From positions 1-64,000 of the forward strand of contig CBEVQO010000006.1 in NCBI GenBank assembly GCA_965552055.1: 64,000 nucleotides of DNA, written 5' to 3'. A program made the translations under genes and the position numbers. Below are positions 1-9,038 of the stretch, piece after piece (the first letter of the stretch is position 1; each line of letters starts with the position of its first letter). Source of the stretch: an uncultured bacterium (lineage in GTDB: Bacteria; Hydrothermota; UBA3073; NMUJ01; CBEVQO01). Below the pieces are notes generated by a model. It was not told the origin of the DNA. It did not search any database and was given only the letters and a program-made list of their open reading frames with translations.

Positions 1-60
1 TCAAAATTCGGTATAAAGATAATAAAAGGATTGGAAGAAATAAAAGAATTTCTGGATTGA
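1..60 (+). CDS. 3' end of upstream gene, probably ETF beta subunit (partial)
   Basis: Open frame SKFGIKIIKGLEEIKEFLD* ends at 60, abutting the etfA start; identity inferred only from usual etfB-etfA order. Confidence 0.45.
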   Translation, partial: SKFGIKIIKGLEEIKEFLD

Positions 61-1029
61 ATGATAGGTGTAATTTGCGAATGGAAAGAAAATGATTTCC
101 ATAAAGTATCCTTTGAACTCATAGGGAAAGGCAGAGAATTAGCAGATAAACTTAATAAGAATTTAATTTGTTATGCTATCGGAAAGGGAGTAGAAGCAAA
201 GTCAGAAAAATTAATAAAGCTCGGTGCCGATATAGTTTACATTTGCGATGCAGAAGAACTTGAAAAAATAACACCCGAGACCTGTGCAGAGATTTTAACC
301 CGCATGATTTCAAAGGAAATGCCAGAAATTTTGTTATGTGGAGCAACATTGTGGGGCAGAGAAGTAATGCCAAGAATAGCCGTAAAGTTGAACACAGGTT
401 TAAGTGCCGATGTGATAGATTTAAAATTAGACGAAGAAAATAAATTGATACAGGTGAAGCCCGCTTTCGGCAGTCAGATAATGGCAGAAATTTATTGCGA
501 AAAAAAGCCACAGATGACAACAGTAAGATATAAAGTTTTTGAAGAGCCAGAAGAAAAGGATAGAAAAGGCAAAATAATAAAATTTGAACCTAAAAAAGAA
601 TATTTTGACAGGAGAAAAGAGATAATCGAAGTGATTGCAGAAGAAGGCGAAAAAGTAAAGCTGGAAGATGCAGAAATCATTGTGGCAGGTGGCAGAGGTT
701 TACAAAGCAAAGAAAATTTCGAGAAATACATTTTTGGACTGGCAGAGGCACTGGGAGCAGCTGTAGGTGCAACAAGACCACCGGTTGACGAAGGCTGGAT
801 ATCCTATCATCATCAGATAGGACAAACAGGTAAAACAGTGAGACCCAGATTGTATATAGCAATAGGGATATCGGGTGCAATTCAGCATACAGCAGGAATA
901 ATGGGTTCCGGCAAAATAATAGCGATAAACAAAGATGAATCAGCACCAATCTTCAAAATAGCAGATATAGGAATTGTTGGAGATTTATTTAAAATTATTC
1001 CAGAATTACAAAAATTGTTAAAAAAATAA
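61..1029 (+). CDS. etfA: Electron transfer flavoprotein alpha subunit
   Basis: Motifs IIVAGGRG, QIGQTGKTVRP.LYIAIGISGAIQH, IIAINKD..APIF. Confidence 0.95.
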   Translation: MIGVICEWKENDFHKVSFELIGKGRELADKLNKNLICYAIGKGVEAKSEKLIKLGADIVYICDAEELEKITPETCAEILTRMISKEMPEILLCGATLWGREVMPRIAVKLNTGLSADVIDLKLDEENKLIQVKPAFGSQIMAEIYCEKKPQMTTVRYKVFEEPEEKDRKGKIIKFEPKKEYFDRRKEIIEVIAEEGEKVKLEDAEIIVAGGRGLQSKENFEKYIFGLAEALGAAVGATRPPVDEGWISYHHQIGQTGKTVRPRLYIAIGISGAIQHTAGIMGSGKIIAINKDESAPIFKIADIGIVGDLFKIIPELQKLLKK

Positions 1030-1030
1030 T

Positions 1031-1200
1031 TTAGCCCCTCCTCCGCTGTCCCCGCCTTCCCGATTAAGTCAGCCCACTCATACCGCTGAAATATGCAAAC
1101 AGCAGATAAAGCCACAAACCCTGCTATAACCCACATCCCCGTAATGGGCTGACATATCAACCCTTATGTAAAGCACTCGCTTCGCTCGTAATAAAAAATT
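1031..1200 (-). repeat. Dispersed non-coding element, copy 1 (about 170 bp, reverse orientation)
   Basis: Reverse complement starts TTTTTATTACGAGCGAAGCGAG..TTACATAAGGGTTG and ends GGCGGGGACAGCGGAGGAGGGGCTAA, matching the ends of 6044-6130 and 17386-17726. Confidence 0.7.
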
Positions 1201-1210
1201 AATTAAAAAC

Positions 1211-1251
1211 TTGACAAAGTTCTAAATCGATTATAATAGTAAAAAGGAGGG
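1211..1251 (+). promoter_or_regulatory. Sigma70-type promoter (15-bp spacer) and RBS
   Basis: TTGACA 1211-1216, TATAAT 1232-1237, AAGGAGG before ATG 1252. Confidence 0.8.
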
Positions 1252-1806
1252 ATGATGTGTTGTAAAAAGTTGGTGTGGTTGTTGCCTGTTATAATTATAT
1301 TAGCCACAAGTTGTAAGAAAGCGAAGGAAGAAGCTAAAGAAGCTACAGGTGAAGTGATAGTTGCGATGACAGATGACCCTGGCTCAAAATCTAAGCAAGT
1401 TGCAAAAGTTTATTTCAAAATGCAAGTTGAGCTCTCGAAAGATGGAAGTGAGTGGGTAAAAGTTGCAGCTGGCAGTCTTTATGTAGAAGCAGGTGATCCC
1501 GCACTGACATACTTCAATAAAGATAATCCTACAGAAATAGATACAGGAGCTTACAAAATGTTGAAACTCGTAATTGAGAAATCTACAATTGTCTCAACCA
1601 CAGCACTTGACCTTGACTTTAACATCACGCATGATATAGTGATAGATTGTAGTAATACACCGATATCAGTACCACCCGCAGATACTATAACTCTGGTAAT
1701 TGATATAAACACAGAAAAATGGTGGAGTGATTTTGGTACCCTTCCTGATACAAATTGCTGGCAGAATTGGGCAAATTGTTTCTCTGTTTCTGTAATAAAT
1801 GAATAG
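1252..1806 (+). CDS. Putative lipoprotein (DUF4382-like beta-sandwich)
   Basis: Signal peptide with lipobox-like LATSC; strong RBS; VAMTDDP and GAYKMLKL segments. Confidence 0.65.
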   Translation: MMCCKKLVWLLPVIIILATSCKKAKEEAKEATGEVIVAMTDDPGSKSKQVAKVYFKMQVELSKDGSEWVKVAAGSLYVEAGDPALTYFNKDNPTEIDTGAYKMLKLVIEKSTIVSTTALDLDFNITHDIVIDCSNTPISVPPADTITLVIDINTEKWWSDFGTLPDTNCWQNWANCFSVSVINE

Positions 1807-4800
1807 GAAAATAATCAGTAGTTTATTACTTCTGCTATATCCTGCTATTATTTCTGCGAGCTGGTTGGATGCAACGATAAAGTTTAAGAAAAAAGTAAGA
1901 GTAAACACAGATTCAACAGGTGCACAGTATCATCCACTTATGGTAAGAGATAAATATCTAAATTTTTATGTGGTATGGGAAGATGACCGTGATGGTGATG
2001 GGAATTATGAAATATATTATTCACGCTCAACAGATACAGGTAAAACTTTTGAACCTGAGATAAATCTTTCGCAAAATCCCACGATGAATAACAAATATCC
2101 GTGGATTGCAATAGATGAAAGTTCTCGCGTATATGTAGTGTGGCAAGCATTACGAGCTGATGGTTTTTGGGATATTTATTTCACACGCTCCGAGCCTTTT
2201 GGAGTAAATTTTAAGACACCAGAACCTGCTAAAGGTGTTATTGTTAACAACAATCAAGATTCTGAAGTGAATTTCGGACCTCAGCCTAAAATTTTTGTTG
2301 ACGATTTTTCAAGTGATACCACATTTTTATATCTTGTTTGGGCTGATGGTGCAGGAACAACGCCTACTAAAATATTACTTGCACGGTCAATCTCTCTGGG
2401 AGATACATTCGAAACTACCGGGGTAGAGGTAAGTCATGGCACAGGTGTATGTCGCCATCCGGCTATTACAGTGGATGATTCAGGAAGAATTCTCTGTGTA
2501 TTCGAATCGGGAAGCGGGATAAATACTGACCCTCATCCGAACATTGCTTTTGCATATTCTATAGATAGGGGCAAAACTTTTATGGGAGATATATTGGTAA
2601 ATGATGACCCAGAAGCTTCTCATAGAAGGTTACATCCTGTTCTGACATTTCGTGCCAATAAGGTATTTGTAGTTTGGGAAGATTCTCGTCAGCCTCCCGC
2701 TCAAGCTGATGATAAACCTTATCTATTTATGGCTCACTGGAAATTCGGTGATACTGCATTTTCTGAAAATATTCAGGTAAATTACGGGAGCGATGTAGAA
2801 AATTATAGACCTGCGATTTCAATAGATCCTACCGGATTGATGGTAGTAACATGGCATTCGGGTAATAGCACCGACGGTATATTTAGCATCTATGTAGCAG
2901 GCTATAGTGATACACTTAATCAATTTTCATCTTCAAGGAAGTTTGGAGAAACAAATACAGGCAATAGTGGGGCGAATTTTGGCAATATGTTTTATCCGCC
3001 TTGTATTGTTGTTGACAGCTTTGGTGGAGTTACGAGGTTTTTCATGTGCTGGCAGGACTATTCTGATGACCCTGATGGTGATATTTTCTTCGTTGAAGGT
3101 TATGTGACGATTACGCTTGCCGATGTGGACTTTTTCCCGGATAGCCTTGATGCAGATACTGGGGTTGTGTGTTTTGAAAATCCACCCCTTGAGGAATGGA
3201 CTTCTAAATTGGCACTCCTCATTAATACCGATAGCATTACAAATCCCGATACGATGGATGGCCCTTCAAATACCCGCGTGTATCTGTCTATTGATACTTG
3301 TTATCTGTCATCTAAAAATTCATCAATACTTTTGAAAGCAGTTTTGACTAAGGATTCACTCGAAATAGGTGAATGTTGTGTTTGCACTTTAAAAATAAAG
3401 CCATCCAAAAATATAGCAGGTGGATTATACAAAGGACTCTTAGTAGTAAAGGCAATTGATCCAGATACTATCTATGAAGATTTTGATTCAATAAAAATAG
3501 CGGTAAATATTGTAAGAGGAGACATTGACTTTTTTGACGATAGTTTGGATGTAGATACAGGGGTAATGTTTTTTAATAAGCCTTATATAGGAAAATGGAA
3601 TAGCAAGAATGCGCTTATTATAAATACTGATGATAATGTGAATCCTGATACCTCGGACGGGCCCTCGAACTCGCAGGTGTATGTATGGGTAGATACTTGT
3701 TATCTAAAATACGAAGGCAAAGTAAAAAAGAAACATTTAGAGAAATCAACCACAAAAATACCAATTGAAGCAATTTTGGCGAAAGATATTCTTGAAATAG
3801 GTGAAAGTTCTGTCTGCACGGTTAAACTGAATCCACCTAAAAATGTGTTAGGCGGTTTATATTCTGGGATTTTGGTGATAAAAGCAATTGACCCCGATAG
3901 CAATTATGAAGAATCTGATTCGATAAAAATAGTGGCATATATCGTAAGGGGTGATATTGATTTCTTTGATGACAGTTTGGATGCGGATACCGGGGTGGTA
4001 TATTTTAACAGTCCGTATGCAAATGAGTGGACTAATAAGTATGCAATGTTTATGAATACCGATGCAACAGCAAATCCAGATACTTTTGATGGACCCTCTA
4101 ATTCAATGTTATATGTAGAGGTTGACACTTGTTATTTACAACATGTGAAATCAAACAAAGAGATTCCAATCGAAGCAAGTTTAAGCAGAGATTCAATAAA
4201 TATAGGAGAAATTTGTATTTGCACTATTAGAATAAATCCACCAGCAACTGCAGATGTCGGATTGTACAAAGGATTACTTATTATAAAAGCATGTGATCCA
4301 GATACTACTTACGAAGATTTTGATACATTAAAAATTGTTGCTAATATCACACGAGGTGATTTTGATTTCTTTAACAATTTGCTCGATGCTTCAAATGATA
4401 CTGTAAAATTAAATGCTCCTCCCAGCGAGCAATGGGTTTATCGTAAAATTTTATACATTAATTCAAGTGATGAAAGTAATCCAGATGCTGATGATGGACC
4501 GGGTAATGAAACAATAATTTCGTTAAAAGTAGAAACCTCTTATGTTTCTCTTGGAGATAAGGTGTATTTTGTGCATTATAGTTTAAGAAATTGTACTTTA
4601 AAAGTCGGTGAAAAAGACACTTGTAATTTATGGATAAAATTACCTGATGAAGCAACTTATGGAGTTTACAGTGGTAAAATAGTTGTTAAAGCTATTGACG
4701 AGAGGCATTATGAGAGCAAAGATTCAGTATTCCTTGTGATTACTGCTCCTTGTCCTCGCACTACACTTAAATCAGCTTATGTGTATCCCAATCCGTTTCG

Positions 4801-5017
4801 TTTGTCTTCCGGACATAAATATATGTGTTTCACAAATTTAACTGAAGATGCTAAAATTATAATAGTGGATGAATCAGGGCATATTGTGAAGCGCTTAAGG
4901 GCAGGAAAAGATGGGGGATGCAGATTTGAGCCCGATTTACCCAGTGGTGTATATTTTTACTACATCTATGATTCAAAAGGCAACAGAATATGTGGAAAAT
5001 TTGCCATAATAAAATAA
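1799..5017 (+). CDS. Large secreted protein: BNR/Asp-box beta-propeller, four tandem ~135-aa domains, T9SS/FlgD-like C-terminal sorting domain
   Basis: Signal peptide; Asp-boxes SRSTDTGKTF and SIDRGKTF; C-terminus AYVYPNPF...LPSGVYFYYI...GKFAIIK. Confidence 0.8.
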   Translation: MNRKIISSLLLLLYPAIISASWLDATIKFKKKVRVNTDSTGAQYHPLMVRDKYLNFYVVWEDDRDGDGNYEIYYSRSTDTGKTFEPEINLSQNPTMNNKYPWIAIDESSRVYVVWQALRADGFWDIYFTRSEPFGVNFKTPEPAKGVIVNNNQDSEVNFGPQPKIFVDDFSSDTTFLYLVWADGAGTTPTKILLARSISLGDTFETTGVEVSHGTGVCRHPAITVDDSGRILCVFESGSGINTDPHPNIAFAYSIDRGKTFMGDILVNDDPEASHRRLHPVLTFRANKVFVVWEDSRQPPAQADDKPYLFMAHWKFGDTAFSENIQVNYGSDVENYRPAISIDPTGLMVVTWHSGNSTDGIFSIYVAGYSDTLNQFSSSRKFGETNTGNSGANFGNMFYPPCIVVDSFGGVTRFFMCWQDYSDDPDGDIFFVEGYVTITLADVDFFPDSLDADTGVVCFENPPLEEWTSKLALLINTDSITNPDTMDGPSNTRVYLSIDTCYLSSKNSSILLKAVLTKDSLEIGECCVCTLKIKPSKNIAGGLYKGLLVVKAIDPDTIYEDFDSIKIAVNIVRGDIDFFDDSLDVDTGVMFFNKPYIGKWNSKNALIINTDDNVNPDTSDGPSNSQVYVWVDTCYLKYEGKVKKKHLEKSTTKIPIEAILAKDILEIGESSVCTVKLNPPKNVLGGLYSGILVIKAIDPDSNYEESDSIKIVAYIVRGDIDFFDDSLDADTGVVYFNSPYANEWTNKYAMFMNTDATANPDTFDGPSNSMLYVEVDTCYLQHVKSNKEIPIEASLSRDSINIGEICICTIRINPPATADVGLYKGLLIIKACDPDTTYEDFDTLKIVANITRGDFDFFNNLLDASNDTVKLNAPPSEQWVYRKILYINSSDESNPDADDGPGNETIISLKVETSYVSLGDKVYFVHYSLRNCTLKVGEKDTCNLWIKLPDEATYGVYSGKIVVKAIDERHYESKDSVFLVITAPCPRTTLKSAYVYPNPFRLSSGHKYMCFTNLTEDAKIIIVDESGHIVKRLRAGKDGGCRFEPDLPSGVYFYYIYDSKGNRICGKFAIIK
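3119..4745 (+). repeat. Four intragenic tandem domain repeats (130-144 aa each)
   Basis: Units start at 3119, 3518, 3950, 4355 with (G/A)D.DFF...LD, then NPD..DGP.N, L.IGE..C, G.Y.G.L..KA.D. Confidence 0.85.
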
Positions 5018-5925
5018 AGGGGATTTTGCTTTTAATAGCAAGTACTAAACTTTATTCAGCAAGCTTTAACTTTTTGAAGATTGACCCAGACCCTTTAACT
5101 ATTTCGAGCCAATGTGCCAGTATAGCTGTATCTTCTCCTCATTTCGCCAAAAATCCTGTTCACTACGCAGCTTACAGGTTATCTCTACATAAACGCAAAA
5201 ATGTAAAAGAAAAAAGAGTTTTGAAAATTAGCTTGACTTCATGTAACTGGCTTGTAGGTTCAAATATTTTTACCTTGAATAGTTTTTATAAATTTAGGAA
5301 TTATGTAATAGGTGCGAATATTTTTTATCTTGATTTTGGAAATTTCTCAAAAAGAGATAGTATGGGCAATCTTATAGGAAGTTTTACTGCTAATGCTGGT
5401 ACTATTTCGCCCTTTTTTGTGTATTTCTTTAATAATATCGCAATAGGAGGAAGATTAGGTTATGCTTTTGAAAGGATATGCGATGTCTCTGCGTTTACTA
5501 TTTTTATGGATTTCGGAATAGCAGGTATGACAGAGTTTAAAAATTATAATTATAAAATAATTTATCATCTGGGGATGAAAAACTTGGGCTTAAAAGTGAA
5601 ATTTGAAAATGAAAAGAGTTTTATACCATTTGAATTACTTACAGGTGCCTGTATTTACAAAACAAAAAAGTTAGTATATTCAGTTAATTTATTATTGCGA
5701 GACGATACAAATTTATCATTTGGTATAGATTACAGGATTCATAAATTAATGAATCTACGGGTGGGTTATGTTATAGGGCAGGATTTTGGGCTATTATCAG
5801 GCTTAAGGATGGGCTTTCGAATTAGATATCGAAGATATTTTTGCATGGATTACGCAATGCTCCCTTTGGGTCCTTTTGGCTACAAACATGTAATTGGAAT
5901 AACTTACTGGTCAATTTTTGACTAA
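4990..5925 (+). CDS. PorV/PorQ-like outer-membrane beta-barrel protein
   Basis: FNFLKIDP start, YLDFG..KRD..G..IGSF, LRVGY, DYA..P.G.FG.KH..I.Y; directly follows a CTD-bearing gene. Confidence 0.7.
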   Translation: MWKICHNKIKGILLLIASTKLYSASFNFLKIDPDPLTISSQCASIAVSSPHFAKNPVHYAAYRLSLHKRKNVKEKRVLKISLTSCNWLVGSNIFTLNSFYKFRNYVIGANIFYLDFGNFSKRDSMGNLIGSFTANAGTISPFFVYFFNNIAIGGRLGYAFERICDVSAFTIFMDFGIAGMTEFKNYNYKIIYHLGMKNLGLKVKFENEKSFIPFELLTGACIYKTKKLVYSVNLLLRDDTNLSFGIDYRIHKLMNLRVGYVIGQDFGLLSGLRMGFRIRYRRYFCMDYAMLPLGPFGYKHVIGITYWSIFD

Positions 5926-5959
5926 TACTTATCTGGTAAGTGTATTTTTAACAACTTTA

Positions 5960-6056
5960 TTAAAATTTTTAAATTTTTTATTAAATTTTTTAACGATGAT
6001 ATTAAAATTTTTAATTTTTATGTTAAAATTTTTGAAATTTGTGTTAAAATTTTTAA
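5960..6056. repeat. Five AT-rich tandem units with exact 21-bp period
   Basis: TTAAA(A/T)TTTTT at 5960, 5981, 6002, 6023, 6044. Confidence 0.8.
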
Positions 6057-6130
6057 TGCGAGGCGTAGCCAAACACATTACCAATGGGGTTGTGGGGTGG
6101 TGGGGATAGGGAGGCGGGGCTAAAAATAAT
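6044..6130 (+). repeat. Dispersed non-coding element, copy 2 (short, about 85 bp)
   Basis: AAAATTTTTAATGCGAGGCGTAGCC...GGTGGGGATAGGGAGGCGGGGCTAAAAAT, near-identical to both ends of 17386-17726. Confidence 0.85.
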
Positions 6131-6164
6131 TTGACAAATTAAAATTTTGAATACCATAAAAGGA
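6131..6164 (+). promoter_or_regulatory. Promoter of ABC exporter operon
   Basis: TTGACA 6131-6136, N15, TACCAT 6152-6157, ATG at 6165. Confidence 0.7.
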
Positions 6165-7124
6165 ATGTGGGATATTGAAATCATAAATGTAAAAAAGCGT
6201 TACAAAAGCAAAAGAGAAGGTTATGTTGAAGCATTAAAAGGCATAAATTTGAAGATAAAAAAAGGAGAATTGTTTGGTTTGCTTGGTCCCAATGGTGCAG
6301 GCAAAACCACCCTTATAAAGTGCATTTCTACCCTTCTAATACCCGACGAGGGCGAAATAAAAGTTCTTGGTAGAGATGTTCAAAGGGATCCGATTTTTGT
6401 TCGACAAAATATAGGACTTGTGATAGGAGGTGAGAGGACACTTTACTGGAAACTTTCTGTAATTGATAATCTTATGTATTTTTCATCACTTTATGGTTTA
6501 TCTCCCAAAAGAGCGAGGAGAAGGGTAGAGGAATTAATCAATTTAATGAATCTTGAAGAGAAAGCCCGAGAGCGTGTTGAGCGTTTATCTACGGGTATGA
6601 GGCAAAAGGTTGTGCTTGCGAGGGCTCTTTTGCATGACCCACAGGTGCTTTTGCTCGACGAACCAACTCTTGGGTTAGACCCTTCATTTTCCCGTGTAAT
6701 CCGTGATTTCATAAAAAATTATTTGAATAAGGAAAAGAAAAAGACAATTTTGCTAACAACGCATTATATGGAAGAGGCAGAAGAATTATGCGAAAGAATA
6801 GCATTTATAAACGAAGGAAAAATTATAGATTGTGCATCACCCGAAGAGTTAAAAACCAAAATACCTTTTGATAGAGTACTCGAAATTAAATTCACAGGAA
6901 ATGTTGAAAAATCGCAAATTGATTTGATAAAATATGTCGAGAAATCCTATATTTTACAGGAAGATTCACATAAAATTTTAAAAGTGCATACCCAGGAGCC
7001 AGAAGAAGTTTTGAATTCTGTTCTCGATGTTGTACGCCGTGATGCCCGCATATTGCAGATAAGGTTACATCAGCCGACACTCGAAGATGTATTTATCCAC
7101 TTAACAGGTGCAGTTTTGCGATGA
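6165..7124 (+). CDS. ABC-2 (DrrA-like) exporter ATP-binding protein
   Basis: Walker A GPNGAGKTT, LSTGMRQ signature, LLLDEPT, C-terminal PTLEDVF; start moved to ATG 6165 downstream of promoter. Confidence 0.92.
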   Translation: MWDIEIINVKKRYKSKREGYVEALKGINLKIKKGELFGLLGPNGAGKTTLIKCISTLLIPDEGEIKVLGRDVQRDPIFVRQNIGLVIGGERTLYWKLSVIDNLMYFSSLYGLSPKRARRRVEELINLMNLEEKARERVERLSTGMRQKVVLARALLHDPQVLLLDEPTLGLDPSFSRVIRDFIKNYLNKEKKKTILLTTHYMEEAEELCERIAFINEGKIIDCASPEELKTKIPFDRVLEIKFTGNVEKSQIDLIKYVEKSYILQEDSHKILKVHTQEPEEVLNSVLDVVRRDARILQIRLHQPTLEDVFIHLTGAVLR

Positions 7125-7939
7125 TTTATTTAAGAGTTATATGGGAAGAATGTAAAAAGCATTTGAAAATTTTGTTATCTTATCCTCTTGAAATCGTTTA
7201 CTGGATTTTCTTTCCGATAATATGGGTTATACCTTTTATTTTTCAGGGAAAAGCTTTTGTTGGTGGCTTAAGCAGTCAAAGTTTTATGAAATTAACGGGT
7301 AGCGGGCAATTTATTCCATTTGTGCTAATAGGTGCGATTGTATCGACATTTATGTTTTCTGCGATGTATGGTGTGGCAAATTGTTTCCGTATGGAGAATT
7401 TCTGGGGAACCCTTGAATATATTTTGATTGCTCCTGTTAGTAAATTCATGTTATTTGCTGGTAAATCGCTTTTTGAAAGTCTGTTTTCAATTGCGTATGC
7501 ATTGATACAGGCAGGCATCTGTGTATTCGTTTTTGGTGTGGAATTAACTTTGCATAAAATTTTACCTGTTTTGCTTATAATGTCATTACTTATAATAGGG
7601 CTTTATGGATTGGGTATCGCTTTGAGCGGTATTACACTGATAATAAAAGAATCACATGGATTGATTCACATGCTCGATAACATTTTTTATCTATTTTCAC
7701 CGATAAGATATCCCGTTGAAATAAATCCCGTGACAAGGATAATAAGTTTGGGAATACCCCTCACATACGCTTTAATTGCTATAAGAGGCATAATCCTGCT
7801 CTCAAAACCTTTATCTGCTCTTATAAAGGAAATATTGATTTTAATTCTCATAGATGTAATTTTGCTCGGGATAGGAATTTACAGTTTTTATATCTGTGAG
7901 CGCAAAGCGAGATTAAGTGGCACTCTGGGGCACTACTGA
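7121..7939 (+). CDS. ABC-2 type permease
   Basis: About six TM segments, E..WGTLEYILIAP motif. Confidence 0.88.
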   Translation: MIYLRVIWEECKKHLKILLSYPLEIVYWIFFPIIWVIPFIFQGKAFVGGLSSQSFMKLTGSGQFIPFVLIGAIVSTFMFSAMYGVANCFRMENFWGTLEYILIAPVSKFMLFAGKSLFESLFSIAYALIQAGICVFVFGVELTLHKILPVLLIMSLLIIGLYGLGIALSGITLIIKESHGLIHMLDNIFYLFSPIRYPVEINPVTRIISLGIPLTYALIAIRGIILLSKPLSALIKEILILILIDVILLGIGIYSFYICERKARLSGTLGHY

Positions 7940-8772
7940 TGAAAAAGTTTTTACATTATTTAAGGGCGATAAATGCTGAAAATGTCAAAGAATGGAAGAT
8001 TGAGATGTCATATCGTTTTGATTTCATTCGTGGATTTATTGAACCAGTTGTTTATATTTTGCCTTATGTTTTTTATGGAATTGCGATTGTTGGTGGCAGG
8101 TTTTCGCAAACTTTACATGATTTAACAGGCTCTGGTGATATAATAACTTACACTGTTATAGGTTGGGTTGTTATGGGCTTCTTGAACACTGCCTGCTGGG
8201 CTATGGGTTTTGCGTTGCGTAAAGAGCAGTGGTTCGGCACACTCGAAACGGTATTTGCTGCTCCTGTTCCACGCTGGGTTTACATAGGAGGGATGGCTTT
8301 TCATTCGACTTTACATCAGGGTGCAATGATTTTAATTCAAATTATGGCAGTGCACTTAATTTTTAGATTATTTTTTAAAACATCTGGCTTATTGCCGGCA
8401 CTATTTTTTATAGGATTGATGGTAATAGCACTTTATGGGCTTGGCATTTTTGTAGCATCTTTAGCTTTGATTTTCAAACAGGGCTGGATGATAGCAGAAA
8501 TTTTACATAGTTTAGTGTCTATTGCGACACCCATTGCCTATCCGCTTGCTGTTTTGCCAACTTTTTTGCAAAAGGTAGCGAAAATTTTCCCCACAACCTA
8601 TGGAATAACACTTGCGAGGCATTTCCTTCTAGGAGAGAGGACGATATGGGGAGTAGCAGAGGGCACTTTTCGTCTCATACTTCTTGGTTTCTGCTGGATT
8701 CTCTTTGGTTTAATAGTATTCAACATGATAGACCGCAAAGTGAGAAGAGAAGGCACCCTCGCCTACTATTAA
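7939..8772 (+). CDS. ABC-2 type permease
   Basis: About six TM segments, EQWFGTLETVFAAP, YPLAVLP..LQ. Confidence 0.88.
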   Translation: MKKFLHYLRAINAENVKEWKIEMSYRFDFIRGFIEPVVYILPYVFYGIAIVGGRFSQTLHDLTGSGDIITYTVIGWVVMGFLNTACWAMGFALRKEQWFGTLETVFAAPVPRWVYIGGMAFHSTLHQGAMILIQIMAVHLIFRLFFKTSGLLPALFFIGLMVIALYGLGIFVASLALIFKQGWMIAEILHSLVSIATPIAYPLAVLPTFLQKVAKIFPTTYGITLARHFLLGERTIWGVAEGTFRLILLGFCWILFGLIVFNMIDRKVRREGTLAYY

Positions 8773-8824
8773 CATTTTAATGCTTTGACGCTTTAACTTT
8801 TTGACGCTTCGGCGTCTTGATGGC
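8769..8824. repeat. Phased array of seven 8-bp repeats (TTGACGCT-like)
   Basis: TTAACATT TTAATGCT TTGACGCT TTAACTTT TTGACGCT TCGGCGTC TTGATGGC. Confidence 0.8.
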
Positions 8825-9038
8825 TAAAATATTGGGTGAGGATTTCTTCGAGCAGGTCCGATATTCTCATTCTCCTATCAACAGCCTCATGCTTCAACTT
8901 CTTTGAAACTTCCTCGCTCAAATAAACCGTATGCTTAATTTTACGCTTTGATGTCTTGACATCTTGACTCTTTGATGTTTTGACGCTTTGCTGTCCTATC
9001 CAATCAAGTGGGTTCTCGCCAAGTCCTCTCTTCTTCAT
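8793..9038 (-). CDS. Small ribbon-helix-helix DNA-binding protein (ParG/CopG-like), putative ParA partner
   Basis: 4-nt overlap with parA stop; N-terminal KKRGLG; C-terminal HTVYLSEEVSKKLK..A....RISDLLEEIL..Y RHH pattern. Confidence 0.8.
   Translation of the reverse strand: MKKRGLGENPLDWIGQQSVKTSKSQDVKTSKRKIKHTVYLSEEVSKKLKHEAVDRRMRISDLLEEILTQYFSHQDAEASKS
8940..8995. repeat. Phased array of seven 8-bp repeats inside the RHH gene
   Basis: TTTACGCT TTGATGTC TTGACATC TTGACTCT TTGATGTT TTGACGCT TTGCTGTC. Confidence 0.85.

Noticed and set aside
882..1160. 92-aa minus-strand ORF running through element copy 1 into etfA
   Set aside because: Antisense to a confident gene, no homologous ORF in the other element copies, no recognisable motif
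5918..6109. 63-aa ORF with LKFL heptads
   Set aside because: TTG start without RBS; explained by the 21-bp DNA repeat plus element copy 2; not called as CDS
8769..8995. TTGACA-like octamers read as -35 promoter boxes
   Set aside because: They occur as phased tandem arrays without matching -10 boxes; better explained as binding-site repeats
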